Shown here one piece after another: positions 1-13,000 of a stretch of 64,000 bases of DNA (positions within the stretch are counted from its first letter, which is position 1; every line of letters starts with the position of its first letter). The notes beneath the pieces are model-generated. The model was not told the DNA's origin and did not search any database. It saw only the letters and a program-made list of their open reading frames with translations. The DNA comes from Takakia lepidozioides (lineage: Eukaryota > Plantae > Bryophyta): positions 10,354,001 through 10,418,000 of the forward strand of contig CM060731.1 of assembly GCA_030704615.1 (NCBI GenBank), read 5' to 3'. The translations under genes and the position numbers were made by a program.

Positions 1-1865
1 TTGACAATGCTTCATAGAAAACACGGTCGGCGGCTTAAGGTGGGGATCCAATTGAGTGCATGTGTTTGCTCTTTCAAAAACTGAGGCTGGATTTTGTGGG
101 GCAGTTCATAAGTATTGCTAAACTAGAGGAACTCCTTGGTCGTCCAGTACGTTTCTTATGTGTCACTTACCCTTCTACATACAGGTCACATGGGAAGTAT
201 GTAAATTCAAAAGGAATGATTTTGCAGCTCCCATGATGCTGGCAAGGCAGGCTTGCATTTGTGCACCCTGAATTCACAACACATAAGTGGATGAAGTAGA
301 AGAAGTGTAAATTCCTTGGGAGATAGGGATGGGTACAAATTGGGGCCGAAGTATGAAAGGACATTTGAACAGTTTTTTTTTTTTTGGTTGACACGCACCA
401 TTGTTCTAGAGAAGTGCACAGGCTTCGGTGAAGATGGAGGAGAGCAGGTATACGAGGAGGGGAAACATCACCATATTCAATCCTTTCATGTGTTTGAATG
501 AAAGACAACGGCAAAGAGAGATGGGGATGGAGAGGCCCATGTGTTCAAACATTGTGCCATAGACATGGAAATATATGGACCACAACGTCCCGAATTTCGT
601 ATGTTGGTGCAATCACGGTTGATATCAGGTGCCCTCTGTGTATGTATCACTATGGAAATCCGAATGGCACGCATAGAGAACCCTACACTTCGTTGATTCA
701 CCATTGTGCAACACACTGGACCTCGTGGCATGTAGAGCACAGGTGTTTGGCACGAGTTATATTAAATATCATTGCTGAGAGACCAATTGCCACACTGGCA
801 CCAGCACAATAACATTCATGTGATTGACTTGAAGACTGATTGCACTGGGGTGTGCATTGTGCCCATTTACGATTGTTGCATGGAATGGTATGTGCATGTG
901 TTACCAATTTCCTTTACATGCAGTTCCTGGCTTGCTTGTATATGCAATGTAGGCATGTGTTGCATGTAGGGAGCTACTTTGAAATACCCCAGTTACCAGT
1001 GCTTCTCAACATATACTTGTTGAAACAGTCCTAGTCTTCAGTATTGGGCATTATGTCACTGCCCAATACATGTAAGCAAGGAAACGGAACAGTAATGTGG
1101 CACTGTGAAGTGAGTGTGTTAAGATTGTGGGGCAACGGGGATCCCATTGGCTGCCATCATGTTGAACAACATGCCCTTGAATCAAAAACATTAGAGAGAA
1201 GGAAGAGACACCCCAAAATAGCATACCCCAATGTAGAGAAGGGCTGACTGGGGGTAGGAAAGAGGGACTGAAGCGAACTTGCAAAACAAAGCAGAGAACG
1301 TGCACTGACGGTCGGAAATGTGCTGCCTATAAGAAGAATAAGACACAGTTGTGGGAAGCAAAGGACCACAAAAATCAACGCAGAAAGGTAGACAATTAAT
1401 AAATAATACTTTCTGTAGCCAATTGTATCCAATGTCACAACGCTTTGCCGACTTTCTTGGCTCGTTTACACTGTCTGCGTGTGAGAGGAGCTGGAGTGGT
1501 GGCCACAGGGAAGAGAGGGCTGCTGCAATCTCCAACTTTGCGTGGGGGTTTGGGCACTGCATATGGAGGCTCGTGCGATGGGTGACCGTCAAGCTCGTGC
1601 AAAATAATGTCTTAAAGTTCATACCTTTTCTCGCGCACGGCCTCAGTAGGGAACCGGTCTGATGTGAGCTGCAAAGAAAGAAGAACAAAGAATGCAAAAG
1701 CAAACAATGAACAAGCAATGATCGTTGTTAGAAATTCATACAATTTTCGTAAGGATATTCATGTTCATTCTACCCGATACATGGATTCAGCACATTGCGT
1801 GAGCACATGAACGTCCACAACTAAAACAGGCGGCAAATGATCATGTAAACCATGAGCAGCTGCCT

Positions 1866-2273
1866 CTACCCGAGCTTGCACCACCAGGTTGTGGATTCAA
1901 GTACGTTTGCACTAAGTACAGCCTCAATGTAATGAACTACAAACAGACCGCACTGCCATGTGTTGGCCTGCTGTGGAACAGGCGGGCAGAACCACCGCTT
2001 GAGGTCAGTCGCATCCTTCCACCGGGGGCTTTCTGGGCTGATTCCTCTGACCATGGCCTAGAAAGTAGCAAACAATGGCTTGAAAGCACGACACTTGTGC
2101 AAACTTCTTATGCTATTCAAGTGAAGGTAGCGAGACGGTTCCAAGATAACCAGACTCCAATGGTCACTGCACAGGGGGGCAAGAACATCAGGTTAGTCCA
2201 CATGTAGCAATGGAGCACGACCTTCTTCAAAGGTACAGCATCAAGAAGATAGAAATGCATACACATTGTACTC
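1866..2273 (-). pseudogene. Ulp1/C48 SUMO-protease-like domain of a TE-borne gene (3' part; 5' part at 5149-7066, separated by an inversion)
   Basis: Minus strand reads ...APLCSDHWSLVILEPSRYLHLNSI...PPVPQQANTWQCGLFVVHYIE, matching the C48 His (HW), oxyanion Gln and Cys motifs; in-frame stops present. Confidence 0.75.
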
Positions 2274-3459
2274 ACTTGCATAAAATTGGCACAATAAGGG
2301 CTTCAACAGCCTCATTCCCGAAGAAGGGGAACCGTCTTTGCATCCAAATCCGCACAGAGTCGACTTGATTTGCCTGCTTTGCACAATGATCACGAAGGCA
2401 TATCCATGTGAAGCTATCTACAACACGGATTTTATTGCACACATGTTCAGGAAGAGAAAGTATTTTAACACTGTTCTTGTTGACGACACACCAAGAAAGG
2501 CGGCAAACAATCCTCCCTTCAGTGGGATTTTTCCAGAGCCATGGAAGGTGCAACCAGATTCACCAACTGATGAGTATCTAACAGAGGTGTTGTGGCCTTT
2601 CTTGTGGAAGGCATCGAAAGCTGCCAGTATTCCCAAGTTTTTGGAGTCTCAGCCTGTTTTCGGACAACAACCATACAACACTGCTACTGTGAAGGTACAG
2701 ACATTCTGACAGTGCTCCAGAGGCTACATTTTTGTGGGTTCATTCATTGCATTGCTTTCCTGGATGCTTCTCCTTGGTTGCTTGATTAATGCTAGGTTTT
2801 CTTTGCAGCTTTTCATGTTGGCTTTTTTTGTTTGATTCATACTTGGATTTTGTTTCTATTCACTACTCCTGTTTGCTCATTGCTTTCCTGGTTGATCTCT
2901 GGTCTGTGACACAGGAACTTGTGACAAACAAAGGTGATATTGTCGACAAGCCGGTACAGAGAGAGGGCAAGAGTGTCGACCCCGGCGAGTAGCCCCCCAA
3001 AAGAGGTCTCACCACACTGGAGACTGCAAATGGAGTAAGTCCAGGCCGTTGTCTTGTCTGTTATTTTTTTCCAACCTTGGGGCTCTCTTTAACTCGCAAA
3101 TGTTGAGTGTCCTAGTCGTGTGTATGTCATGGGTTTTCACATCGTGTTCTTTTTTGTGTGGAGTTGGGATCACAGTTCAGGGTGGGTGACGAGGTTCGGC
3201 TGTTGGATGTGAACTCCAAACGCAAGAAATGTGGAGTAGGGCTGATTGTTGCTCTTCAAGGTGCTGTGGTGGGTTACGGGTACCTGCTGCTGTGCCCCTT
3301 GATTATGCCTGTGTGTACATCAAAGAGGCATGTGTCAGTAACACCCCTCTACCATATGTGAATGGTGTTAGGAAACAGACCGAGTTGGGGCAGGTGGTTG
3401 GCCAGACAACACTTTGGAGTCTAAAGTTACTGAAACTTATGGAGCTGCGGAAGGGATAG
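2271..3459 (+). pseudogene. 3' exons of the CACTA TnpA-like/FCP1 gene (inverted): C-terminal half of FCP1/NIF HAD domain plus TnpA-type C-terminal domain
   Basis: NTVLVDDTPRKAANNPPFSGIFPEPW...DEYL...FGQ (2338-2709) fits the C-half of plant NIF/FCP1 domains. 3158-3459 (GDEVRLLD...PLDYACVYI...PLPY...ELGQVVGQTTLWS, one frameshift) resembles the En/Spm Tnp1/TnpA C-terminal domain. Confidence 0.65.
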
Positions 3460-3919
3460 TCAGTATTGCACTGTTTAACAGACTTCTTGATTCTAATAGC
3501 ACTAGAACATACTAGCTACAACAATTCAGCCCATGTGTGGGCTTGCTTGTTTTTGGCTGGGCCTTTTGAGGCATGGATTTTTTGACCTTGTGGCTTTTGA
3601 GTGTCCATTGGGATATTGGTCTCATTTGGATTTTTGTAATGTGATTTATAGGGCTTGTATTGCCCTGTAGTTGACTATTTTCATTCTCCTTGTGGTTGAT
3701 AGTATGCAGGAGGGATCCATTCTGTTTTCATGTTGGAATTTCACCATGTAATGAAGATTTTAAATCATTTAATTCACTTTCATTTTAAATAATAATATTA
3801 AAAATAATACCATTAAAAAAATCCAAGGCTACAATCTCCTTGTTCTTTTAAATATTAAATAAAAACTAAAAACTAAAATATGAACATTAAAAATATAAAC
3901 TATTTCGGAAAACAATCTT

Positions 3920-4635
3920 GATGACACGTGGCATCACTCTTGCTCAAACCAGAACACGTGGCAGTATATGACACGACATTCTTTATCCATATTTTCACCA
4001 CGTGTAAAGATCCGTAGTCATATATGCTAGTCATATATTTTGTCTGTGTGCCACATGTCACACATCTCAAGTGCAACAGGTGTCCCGCTAATATCTCTCC
4101 ATGTAGACATCCCTGTAGTCATATGAGCGAGTCATGTAGTCACCACGTGTGAAATCTGCCATAGCACACATGTCTCGCTAGCGCCTCTCCATGTAGGCAT
4201 CACTGTGCAGACATGTAGTCATATGATCATGGCAAGAAGTCGTGACATGTCAAATTCGCAGTGGCGCACGTGTCCATCCGTCGCCTCTCCATGTAGGCAT
4301 CACTTTGCAGACATATAGTCATATGATCCCCTGACGAATGCATGACGTGTTGCTTGCGCAGTGGCGCACGTGTCCCGTTGAAGCCTCTCCATGTAGGCAG
4401 CGCTCAACAGACAATGTAGTCATATATTAGTCATATAGTTGTGACTGCAACCCTCTCTGCAGCAGGACTCCAGGTGCCACGCAAGCAGTCATGGATATGA
4501 CTTGCAAAACGCAGTCCTAAAGACTAGTCGCTATGACAGGGTTTTTTTCACTACAGAGTGATGTAGTCATGAACGCATATAAGACTGAAAAAATAGTCAT
4601 ATGTGAAGTCATAAAAATGCTTATCTGTTGTAGTG
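3920..4635 (-). repeat. CACTA left terminus (inverted): ~31-bp TIR plus subterminal GTAGTCAT-type repeats
   Basis: Reverse complement reads cat|CACTACAACAGATAAGCATTTTTATGACTTC and pairs with the TIR ending at 24387; many TAGTCAT(AT) and CTCTCCATGTAGGCA repeats. Confidence 0.85.
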
Positions 4636-5148
4636 ATGTGTTGTAATCACCCATGATGATGGACAACTTGACATGACAGGATGTGACACATACTTATATA
4701 TGGCCGTAGGGAGATCGCGATGATCATGCTTTCGTGTTTTTTGCATCCGGTTCGCACGCACATGGTGGACCTGTCGATTCGAATACGGCCCCGCAGCTGT
4801 CACTCCCCACGTCGATGCTTGATTGATTTAATTCATGGCAGCCACAGGACAGGTTTTCCAAGCTCATGGCGTTGCATGGCCCGAAATGTGATGATCCCGG
4901 CGGAAGCGGTGTTACAAGCACTTCCTTGAGGAGTATGCATCGCGGCTATTATAAACTGTTGACTGAGCTGTGGCAGTGAAGCGATTACTCATTCGACTTG
5001 AGTATAGGGTTTCTTTTTGGAGAATTTGGAAGTCATTCGTGTGATTTGCAGCTATTTTCTTCCTCTTGCTTGCCAATTCTGTCTGTTGCAGTCCATTTGC
5101 GTGCTTCATGTTTTAGTTTGAGTTCTTGTTTTCACATTCCAGCAACCT

Positions 5149-7066
5149 TTGCTCTGCTGGAGGATTCTTCAGGAGGAGGGTAGTGGATTTGGAGTGGGCG
5201 CCGATATGGTGAAACAATCCTCCATGCGCGAAGCGCGTCGGACATACAATGAAACGTACGACTTTGATGAGTGGGAAAATCTCATATGCGAGGCTCACTT
5301 AGAGGCAAGGGTTGAGCAGCCCGGTGATGATAATAGGAAGCCATTCAAGTGTATCCACTGTCTTAAGCAATATAAAGATAAGAAGAAACTTAACATTTAC
5401 AGGATAAATGGTTGTGATGCTGCTGTGGGAAAGGGTGGGCCTAAACTGAAAATGTACCCTGTTTTTTAAAAGGGGCAGAGGCACATCATGGAGGCTGTTC
5501 TTAGTAAGCACGGGATGAAGCCTCTTTCCTGCAAGTTGATGAAGACGAGGGTAGAACGCGAGGAGACGACAGCAGAAGAGACTACACGAGAACCTAAGCG
5601 CAGGAAGCACATGAGTCTTCGGAAGGAGCCGGGAGTGGACCTTGACGATGATGATGACGATGACGATTTCTAGTTACAGGACGCACCACTTGCGCTGCCA
5701 CAGCAGACTGTTAGACCTTAGCGCATTCGAAAGGACTCATTGGACGCACCTCTGCCATCACAGGAAAGTCTTCCATCTGAGTGTATTGTAAAGTCTACGT
5801 TTGTAGGACCTCCTGCCATGCCGCAGCAAAGTCTTCGACCCGAAGTGCACGTTGGAGTTGCATCTTCAGGTAGACAAGATGGCAGACCTCCAGTGCACAT
5901 TCTGAAGTCCACACCCCATGCACCGCTAAGTAGAGAAGAGGCCAGGGAAGGCTTTGTCAAGGCGTCGTTGCTACTGACCTCGGATATTGTTGTGCCTCCC
6001 ATACCCGCACATGTTTCATGCCCAGGATTGACCTATATGATGAAGTTCGACTTGTTGCCCGACGGATTTCCATCTCTGGATGAGCCTTCTTTTCTCAATC
6101 GTCTTGTGGCTCTTATTGGGAAATTTGAGTTCGGGGACCAAAATGATGGGCAACGCTTTTGGTCAATGGTGGCTTAAAACGACGGGTAACACACCTTCTT
6201 CTTGGCCTGCACCTTCATGGTCACAACTCCTTCTTTGATTATGCGTGTCTTTGCATTTTGTTTGCAGTTGCCTTTCAAGTTTAGGGTTTTTGGTTAGTCT
6301 TCCTCTATTACTGACCAGCTCCATGACTCTGCAATGGCGGGGAAGCAGTTTGATGCACCTCCAGAGGAGAAGACAACTGTGGAAAATGTGGTGGACCTAT
6401 TTGCCATACGTCCTGGAGTAACTCGTGACCATCCCGCTCAGTTGGCGGAATGCCAACTGGTGATGGCACATCACAAGTATGCCATGGCATTGCTGGATTT
6501 CGAAATGAAGGAGTTGCAGCCCAGTCTGAGTTGGAGGCTCGTAGAAGGCAGTTTGTTGACGACAACATGGCAAATGGGATAGAGAACAATATGATGAGAA
6601 ACAGGAGGGAATCTGGGGTTTGTCGCCTCGGTACCAAATTGTTGCAACAGGTGAGATCCCTGAGTTGCCCCCCGATATGTTCACACATTCTGAGGATGAA
6701 TCTGATAGGTTGATGGTCATTCTTGAGGCTGCTCGCCACCACGCTCCACCTCCAAACATTCCGCTTTTCAGCAGGGTGTTCCATCAGGTTTGGATGTCTC
6801 ACGTTCACAACATGAAACCTATGTCAATTCCCCGAAACTCCATCTTGTTAACTCTGCAAAATCATCTTCTCAACACAGAAGATGGCCAGTGTGCCATTAC
6901 AAATGCGGGTGAGAATTTCCTAGAGATTGGATGCTTCTTGTACGGAGGCATGCCCCCATACGAGGGAGCCTGAACCCAGGTGCGTGAAGGACTTGCAGCC
7001 CTTCGGGGAGTGCGGAAAGAGGACTGCGAACACCTTTTTGAAGATCTGCATGGTTTCATGCGCGAG
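5149..7066 (+). pseudogene. 5' part of the TE-borne Ulp1 gene; degenerate zinc-finger-like motif and acidic tract
   Basis: KPFKCIHCLKQYKDKKKL, poly-D tract, broken ORFs. Frame ...HGFMRE (7066) joins YNVYAFLSS... (minus strand from 2270) and leads into the Ulp1 motifs. Confidence 0.5.
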
Positions 7067-10000
7067 GGTCCATTCTGGCCAGTCTGCCCACACTGTAGAC
7101 AAGTTCTTGAAATATAATGGCTTTGAATCAAACCCCTTACGGCATGGGAGGACTGTCACAGTGAAGGGCATCCCACTGGAAAACCAGGTTAGTGTGGGCT
7201 GCAAAAATATAGTCCACCATTGGGAAGAAGTTGCGAGCTTGGCAACAAGACCACACCACCACTTCAAAGTGTTCAAAACACTTTTGCAAAAAGTCATAAC
7301 AGCGTGGTCTCAAAACTACCATCTTCTTGCCACACATCTTCCCCACAAAACCTTTGGGAAGGGATGCAGGCCCATTAGCAGAATGAAAAGATTCACATAA
7401 CAGACCATTTAAGTCCAGAATTAGTAAATGCTTCCTCGTTGGTCCAGGAAGTAAACTGACATTTGGCTTCATCATGTGAGCAGGAGAAATTAAAGCATCC
7501 TGCTTGTTTGTTTTGTCCCCGCCTGCATCTTCCTCCCCATCTAAACTCCCACATACCTGCATACCAGAATCCGGTGTGCCCGGCGGCTCTGTCACCATTG
7601 CCCCTGGACTACTACTGCTGCCTTTGTACGTGGCAAGGCTGAATTTCCACGTGTACCTCACAGCTGGCCTTCCCTGTATCCTGCTGTTGCTCGGTCAAAT
7701 TCAAAAGATCATCAGTGACAGGAAGACATAAGGGCTTAGAGTGAGCACCAATTAACGTCTGAAATTGGGATTCCAAACATTTTGATACTGTCACAGCAGA
7801 CGTATCCATCGTAGATGTCACTGGTCCTGCGCCTGGTAGATTAATCCCCAATCTGGTCATAATGGCTTTCTGGTACTCAATCATACTCTGCATCTGTAAT
7901 TTTAATTCTGCCATGTCACGTCCTTGTGATTCCACCAGTTTGTCCAAGCCATCCATCCTGCCAACTACTGTAGAATATGCGAGACTTCCCTCCTGCCAAT
8001 CCATGAAAACTTGCCCAAGTATGAATCAAACCAAAAAACCTAGCATGAACAACCATTGGAAAGAAAACCCAAGCCAAAAGCCGTGAAAAAAACCCTAGCA
8101 ACCTATGATGTCGCGGCCCTTTGCCTTGAGGGCAGGGGTCGGACACATGGGGCTGCCCCTGTGGTGGGGGCAGCGGCAGCGATAGGTATGGGGGCTGAAG
8201 CACCCTTGAGTGCCCAAGGCACTCAGGGAAGGAGGCGCTCACTAGGTGGAGCCCCGCACACCGGGTTGCGGTGGGGGTGGCTCCACAAGGGGTGGTGGTA
8301 GCTTAGCGGGACTTAGTGGGGGTGGCATAGGACTCACCATGGGGGCGGAGACCTCGTGGTGGGAGTCGTGGGGAGTCTTGGGACTCATCACGGTCCATGG
8401 GGCCGGGTGAGTGGGCCAAGACTCACCGCGACTCATCACCGGGAGTCGAGGGTTTTCGTGGTGGTTCGCCATAAAATGGCATGGCTGGTTGTGAAACCCC
8501 CGCGGACAGCTAGAAGTATATATAGGGAGTAGTAACCCGAGAACGGTGCAAGCCCGTTGGTGACCAAAACTAGTGAGTAAGCGAGCGAGCCGGAAAGCGA
8601 CCAAAGAGTGGGGAGCTGTTCCGGACTGCCAACTACCAAAGGGAATTCCGCTGGTTCCAAATCGGTGGAGGGTTCTTTGGAGAACAAGGGGGACCGTTAT
8701 GCCCCGGTGAGCAGCCGAAGCTCCAAGTTGGCCCGGGCCAGGTTGGGAGTCAGGCGCGCGCATCAAAGCGAGTAACTATGACTTGAGGGGGAGCTTACCG
8801 AAGTGAGGTGCGCGACACTTGGTATCAGAGCTTAGAGTTCAGTACGATCGTCCTTGGGATTGGCCTCATCATGGGGTCGGGCAAGCCAAGCGAAAGCGGA
8901 ACGGCCCAAAAGATGATGATCCTGGTGAGCCCGATGGGGGCGACGTGTCACCGAGGCGGCCGTTTGAGGAAGCGATGCATGTTCCGAAAACGAGGCCGCT
9001 CAAGAGCGGGAGGAATCCGAGGAGTCGGAGCCCGAGGAATCCTGAGAGCTCCGACAACCAAGATGCCTCCCATGCCGGCAGCCTTTTGGGAAGGGTTGTT
9101 GGCGCAGTTTGGCGGGACGTTGAAAGACGTGTTGAAGGCGCTAATGCCACTTCCACTAAGGCAAAGTTTAAGGTGAAGCCTAAGGAACCCGGCACCTTCG
9201 AGGGCGTCCGAAATTGGAAGGCACTCAACACCTGGCTCCTGGAGCTAGAGCAGTACTTCCGGGCGGCCAAGTTGAGTGACGAGGATCGGGTGGAAGTGGC
9301 TCCCACCTATTTGAGGGGCTATGCTCAACAATGGTGGCAGAAAACGCCTTCACGACCGAGGTCCAAGCCCGGAAACCTTGAACTGGAGTGGGTTCAAGGA
9401 ATTGATGAAGAGACAGTTTGCCCCTCAACGCCCTGGCTTGCCCGGGACAAGATGAGGAATTTGAAGCAAACAGATGACATTCGGGGGTATGTCCAGGCTT
9501 TCAATGTGCTGTTGCTCGAAGTCGCGGACATGGCAGAACCAGAAATGGTCTTCAACTTTGTGGCGGGACTGGCCCCATGGGCCAGCGGAAGTTGGAGGAG
9601 AAGCCACCCAAGACTTTGAACGAGGCAATTGAGAGGGCTGAATGTTTCTCGGATGTCCCTAGGGGTGAAGACAAGGCCGTACGGAGCTGAACCACAAGAA
9701 GACCCGGCGGGAAGGTGACTCCTTCCGACCGGAAAAGAAGTGGGATAGGCCACGCGGCGACAATGGCACGTGGAAATCGAAGGGAGGGCCTTCACACGTC
9801 AAGGCGGCACCCGGTGCTTCGAAAGGAAAAGCGGGTGGAGCGGCTTATGGCGGACAGAAGGCGACCTTTGATGGAGTGTGTTTCAATTGCGGGGAGCCCG
9901 GGCACATGGCCAAGAAGTGCACGAAGCCCCGGCAATTGAACATGACTCGGCGACCACGAGCTGTCGGAAGATACCATCAGTCGCTGGTGGAAGCGGTGGT

Positions 10001-13000
10001 CGCCAGGACTTGCAAGGTAGGCAAATTTTCTTGTGAGTTGTATCAGGAAACTGGCGCCTTACGTAAAGGGAGTCAGTTATTGTTCGTGGATGGGATAATA
10101 TCCGGAACTAACGTGTCGTTGTTGGTGGACACAGGAGCGTCGCACTCCTTCATGACACCGGCAACGGCACAAAGTGGGACTCCCGACAAGTGACGTGGGG
10201 CCTCTATTGAGGTGCGTTCTGCCAAAGGAGAACCAATTGGCGACAGGTTGGCGTTTGATGTTCCTCTTCAACTGGGGAGTTGGGAAGGACGTGAGAACTT
10301 CACCATCTGCGAGATCGATGGAGTGGATCTCATTTTGGGGATGACCTTTTTGAGCAAATCCGGAGCGGTCATAGATGGCCGCAAAGAGTAGTCACGCTGC
10401 CATGTGGGATGGTGGCGAGTCTTACGAGTGTCGGAAACGCCCAAACCCGTGGGAGGGCGAATAAACCTTCTGTCAGCAAGGGAGTGGGCCGTGGAGGAGG
10501 CACACGAGCCCCAGTTTTTGCTTTACATTAGAGAAGTGAAGGGAGAAGGCGATGGGGAGCCGAGCCCAGATTGGATCAAGGGGATTTTGGAGAAATACCA
10601 GGATGTGATGCCGGAGGATTTACCAAGCGGCTTGCCACCGCGAAGAGGAGTTGACCACAAGATTGAGGTGATACCGGGATCGGAACCGCCTGCCAAGGCG
10701 CCCTACCGGTTGAGCCACAGAGAGTTGGTCGAGCTGAAGACTCAGCTCAAGATCTAATGTCAAAGGGGTATCCCCGAGTAAGTCACCTTACGGAGCCCCG
10801 GTGCTATTCGCAGACAAGAAGGATGGGACGCTGCGGATGTGTGTCGATTACAGGGCTTTGAATAAGGTGACTATCAAAAACCGGTACCTTTGCCAAGGAT
10901 CGACGACCTTTTCGATCGGTTGGCAGGAGCGAAGTATTTCAGCCGGATCGATCTGCGCTCCGGCTATCATCAAATTCGGTGGCGGAAGGAGATGAGGAGA
11001 AGACCGCGTGCAGGACAAGGTATGGTTCATATGAGTTCTTGGTGATGCCTTTTGGGCTCACCAATGCACCAGCGACCTTTAGCACGCTGATGAACAGCCT
11101 TTTCCAGGAGTGGTTGGATGACTTTGTGATCGTGTACATCGACGACATCTTGGTGTACTCGAAAACAAAGGAGGAGCACCTGGAGCACCTCAAAAGGGTG
11201 TTCCAAAATTGCGGGAAGGAAGCTGTATGCCAAAGCTTCAAAGTGCGAATTCGGGGTCACAAAAGTGGAGTTCTGGGGCATGTGATTACACAGGATGGGA
11301 TCAAAATGGATGACAGAAAGGTGAGGGCGATCTTGGACTGGGAGCCTCCGACTTCGGTCCCGGGAGTGCGATCCTTCCTAGGACTCGCCTCCTATTACCG
11401 GAAGTATGTGAGAAATTTCGCCAAGATCGCGGGGCCGTTGTCAGACCTTCTGTGTAAATCCAAAGTCTGGGTATGGAACACCTTTGTGGCTTTTGCTGAA
11501 TTGAAGCAGCGGATGGCGGAAGCTCCAGTCTTGAAAATCCCGGAGTTCGATCGTCCGTTCGAGATTCATACAGATGCGTCGGACTTCGCGATTGGGGGTG
11601 TACTGATGCAAGATGGACGTCCAGTGGCTTACGAAAGTAAGAAACTGAATGAAGTGGAGCGACGGTGGCCGACGCACGAGAAAGATGAAGGCGGTGGTGC
11701 ACTGTCTTGAGCTTTGGCGCCACTATGTTGGTTCCAACCCAGTGAAGGTGTTCACGGACAATGTCACGGTGAAGTATTTTGCCACGCAGCCCAAGTTGTC
11801 CCCAAAACAACTTAGGTGGCAAGATACTTTGGCGGTGTTCGACGTGGATATCCAGTACAAACCGGGACGGACAACGTGGTGGCCGATGCTTTAAGTAGAA
11901 AGCAGCAGCTCTGTTGGTGTACAGGGCGAGACGGCGCTCCAAAGGAAGATCCGGAAGGCTTGCCGGAAGGATGAGCTGGCGAAGTCCGTGATGCAGGACT
12001 TGAGGAGGGGGTTAAATCGCAGTTCCACTTGCAAAATGGACTGCTCCGGTATAAGCAAAAGCGTCTCTACGTGCCGAAGGGAGGGATCAGAGATAGTCTC
12101 TTGAGAGAATGCCATGATAGCCCGCTTGCGGGCCACGGCGGAGCCAAGCGCACTGCGGCACTCTTGAAGAAAGAGTATTTTCTGGCCCAAACTGAGGGAG
12201 GAGGCAGAGGAGTATGTCAAGACATGCACCACATGCCAACAAAACCGGAGCGAGTACAAAAAGCAAGCGGGGCTGTTACAACCCTTGCCGATTCCAGGGG
12301 ACTTGGGAAAGCGTCTCGATGGATTTCATGACTGCTATGCCGCTGTCAAAAGGATTCGATGCAATCATGGTGGTGGTGGATAGGTTCAGTAAAATGGGCC
12401 ATTTCATCCCCACCAAGGAGACGGCAACGGCGCAGGAGACAGGGCGACTTTACTTCGCCCACGTCTTAAAGCATCATGGAGTCCGAAGGATATTGTCTCG
12501 GACCGCGATCCAAAGTTTACGAGTAAATTTTGGAGGACACTTTGGAAGAAGATGGGGACGAGGCTGAAGATGAGCACCGCCTTCCGACCTACGACCGACG
12601 GCCAAACGGAAAGAGTGAATTCCGTAGTGAAGCAGATCTTGCGGAATTACGTGTCGGCAGACCAATCAGACTGGGTGGAACACTTAGACGCGGCAGAGTT
12701 CTGTTATAATAACACAGAACACTCCGCAACGGGAGTTTCCCTTTCGTATTGGTCTATGAAAAGCACCTCTGGTGCCGACAAGTTGGGCCGCCCAGGACGT
12801 TGAGGAACCGGCAGTAGCGGCGGTACTGGAAGAACGCGAGCGTTTGTTGAAGCTCGCAAAGTACAACATTGCCAAAGCTAGGAAACGGTATGAAAGGCAG
12901 GCGAATCGGAAGCGGAGGGAAGTGAAGTTTGAGGCAGGCACAGAGGTTGGTTGAACATCAAGAATTTCCGACTACCTCCGGAAGTGAGTCCAAAGTTCGT

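Noticed and set aside
1-4635. A second, independent CACTA element ending at 4635
   Set aside because: The inversion model explains the TIR, the TSD and both split genes together.
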